NCBI RefSeq assembly: GCF_004010195.1
Contig: NW_025214954.1
Span: 20,577-56,247, forward strand
Source: Chiloscyllium plagiosum
Lineage: Eukaryota
Length of the DNA stretch: 35,671 bases
Reading direction: 5' to 3'
A program made the translations under genes and the position numbers. Position 1 is the first letter of the stretch; the number at the start of each line of letters is the position of its first letter. The notes below the pieces were generated by a model that saw nothing but the letters and a program-made list of their open reading frames with translations, made no database searches and was not told where the DNA came from. This document shows, piece after piece, positions 33,355 to 35,671 of the stretch.

Positions 33355-34311
33355 GAAGGAATATGTATCCAAAACATGTTGGTGAGAGGCTTGGAAGGGA
33401 ACATGTAGGTACTGGTGTTCTCATGCATCTACTGCCTTTGTCTTTAGGAAGGTATGGTCATACATTTGGAAGATGCTGTCTAAGGAGCATTGGTGAATTT
33501 CTGGAGCACATCTAGTTGATGATACATAAGGCTGCAACAGAAGATTGGTGTTGGATTCACTGCATGTTTCTAGATATGGTGCCAATCAAACTGGCTGCTT
33601 GTCCTAAAAAAGCAAGTGCTGGAGAAATTCAGCAGGTCTGGTAGTATATGTTACCAGAAGAAGGGCCTGTGCCCGAAACGTCGAATCTCCTGTTCCCTGG
33701 ATGCTGCCTGACCTGCTGTGCTGTTCCAGCATTAAAGTTTCAACTAGTATATGTTAATAAAGAAAGAGAATTAATGTTTCTAGTCCTACATGACTCCTTC
33801 TTAGTACTGTTCTGAAGAGGAGTTATATTGGAATCAAAAGGTCAATTCTGTATTTCTCTCCATCAATGCTGTCAGGCTTGTTGACTTCCTCCAGCACTTT
33901 CCGGTTTCATTTCAGGCTTCAAGTGTTTATCATGGTGGTCTCCAATTTCTTGACTGCTGTTGGAGATACAATTCATCCAGTCAAATGGGGTGTATTCCAT
34001 CATATTCCTGATGTGTGCCTTGTAGATAGCAGAGAGGCGTTTGGTGTCATGAACTGCATCACTCACAGCAGTATTTTTGCTCTCTGACCTGCCCTTCTAT
34101 TCACAGTGAGCAGGACTTACCTCATGAGTCCAGTTCATTTTCAGCTCAATGGTAACTCCGATTCTGTTGATCATAGGGGATTCAGCAATAGCAAAGGGTT
34201 AAGTGTCCAGAAGCATTATTTAGGTGATCTCTTATTGAAGGTGGTAATTGCTTCCCATTTGTATAGTGTGAATGTTAATTGCCAATTGTCAGCCCAGGCT
34301 GGAATTTTCAG
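33355..34311 (-). mobile_element. L2-like LINE ORF2 C-terminal remnant, interrupted at ~33606-33920
   Basis: KRLSAIYKAHIRNMMEYTPFDWMNC resembles the L2 YKAQVRS.MEY motif; sequence resumes across the insertion. Confidence 0.7.
33606..33920. mobile_element. Old palindromic element containing a nested young 91-bp hammerhead arm (33654-33744)
   Basis: Outer inverted ends aagtgctggagaaattcagcaggtctg / caggcttgttgacttcctccagcactt. Inner insert flanked by a perfect 12-bp TSD tagtatatgtta (33642-33653 / 33745-33756). Confidence 0.85.
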
Positions 34312-34577
34312 NNNNNNNNNNNNNNNNNNNNNNNNNNNNNNNNNNNNNNNNNNNNNNNNNNNNNNNNNNNNNNNNNNNNNNNNNNNNNNNNNNNNNNNNN
34401 NNNNNNNNNNNNNNNNNNNNNNNNNNNNNNNNNNNNNNNNNNNNNNNNNNNNNNNNNNNNNNNNNNNNNNNNNNNNNNNNNNNNNNNNNNNNNNNNNNNN
34501 NNNNNNNNNNNNNNNNNNNNNNNNNNNNNNNNNNNNNNNNNNNNNNNNNNNNNNNNNNNNNNNNNNNNNNNNNNNNN
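34312..34577. other. Assembly gap
   Basis: Run of N. Confidence 1.
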
Positions 34578-34769
34578 CCTAACACTACGGACAATTTAGC
34601 ATGGCCAATTCACCTAACCTGCACATTTTTGGACTGTGGGAGGAAACCGGAGCACCCGGAGGAAACCCACGCACACACAGGGAGAATGTGCAAACTCCAC
34701 ACAGACAGTCGCCAGAGGCGGGAATTGAACCCGAGTCTCTGGCGCTATGAGGCAGCAGTGCTAACCACT
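34578..34769 (-). mobile_element. HE1-like V-SINE (5' part; 3' part lost in the gap)
   Basis: Reverse complement of sequence like 13420-13601. Confidence 0.92.
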
Positions 34770-35059
34770 TTTCCAATTACCCAATAAAGTTTTAAGAATT
34801 TTTTTTGCCATTTAGTGATAAGTTAATTTGTTTCTATTTGATCCCAAAAAAATGGAAATATGACAGACTAAGTGATAGTGGTCAACTACATGAATTTGTC
34901 TTGACTATGATAAATTGTGAGAACATCCATTTTGTATTAGGGCAAGATAGGTTTGTTTGTTTGCTCAGTGGGAGTTATAATGGAACGATGGATGATTAGA
35001 GGGAATTATTTTCACATACAGAGGGAGGTATTGCGTAGAAAGGTAAAATAATAACTTAT

Positions 35060-35130
35060 ATGTGTGTGAGGTAAATGTGTGTGTGTGTATGTGCACACAT
35101 GTGTACATGTCTTTCTGTGTCTGTGTGTAA
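35060..35130. repeat. Imperfect (TG)n microsatellite
   Basis: Interrupted tgtgtg runs. Confidence 0.7.
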
Positions 35131-35364
35131 AGTACCTAAGAAATTATTCTGCATGAATAAGAACTCTTTCTTCCCATTTGACTTAAAGGATTTTGGAATG
35201 TGCTTATCTGAAAAATTGGAATTTGAAACCCAGGGTTCTTAGAACATATGTTGCCCCCACCTCAGTAAGGATGGGAACAGCATTGGGAAGGAAACATGCA
35301 AAATTCAAAACAACAATCTCACTCTCAGTCTCTCTTGAGCAGATTTATATATGATGAGAACAGT

Positions 35365-35671
35365 TATTGAAGACTGGGGAACTTCAAAATACACAAATCC
35401 TGAGGTCTGGAGGAATTGTAACCAAGGAGACAAGGGAAGAAATTACAGGGACTCTGACCCAAATGTTTAATTCCTCTCCGGCCGCAGGGGAAGTGTCATA
35501 GAACTGGAGGACTGCTGATGTGTTTTCACTTTTTGAGAAATGTGGTCGATGTAGACCAGGAATAACAGACCAGTGAGTGTCTATCAATGTTAGAGAAATT
35601 ATTGGAGAAAATTCCAAAAGAAAGGATTCATCTCCAATTAAAGACACAAGGTTTAATCATGGATAGTCAGC
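35365..35671 (+). mobile_element. CR1 RT N-terminal fragment, continuing beyond the window
   Basis: Degenerate EITGTLTQMFNSSPAAGEVS*NWRTADVFSLFEKCGRCRPGITDQ...KLLEKI...GLIMDSQ, parallel to 9290-9520. Confidence 0.85.

Noticed and set aside
34106..34787. ORFs spanning N-runs (also 13368-13719)
   Set aside because: Artefacts of assembly gaps and SINE sequence.

Overview
Eukaryotic, repeat-dense DNA. The repeat repertoire (HE1-type V-SINEs, abundant CR1, Tx1-clade L1, Penelope) points to a cartilaginous fish (shark). No intact protein-coding gene was found; most ORFs in the track are retroelement remnants or artefacts. Main contents: (1) a near-full-length CR1 LINE (+, ~7065-11377) interrupted by an inverted-repeat Penelope insertion; (2) a 5'-truncated Tx1/L1 ORF2 (-, 3256-6090) fused in frame to a CR1 ORF1 N-terminus, with an upstream 70-bp tandem repeat carrying splice-signal-like motifs; (3) a Penelope RT remnant (-); (4) a family of short palindromic, TSD-flanked elements carrying minimal hammerhead-ribozyme motifs; (5) a tRNA-Glu(TTC) pseudogene inside a CT-rich 35-bp minisatellite region; (6) a frameshifted terminal exon resembling ASRGL1 (-, 26618-26827), absent from the ORF track; (7) many CR1, L2 and SINE fragments, local tandem duplications and two assembly gaps. 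All family assignments come from motif recognition, not database searches.
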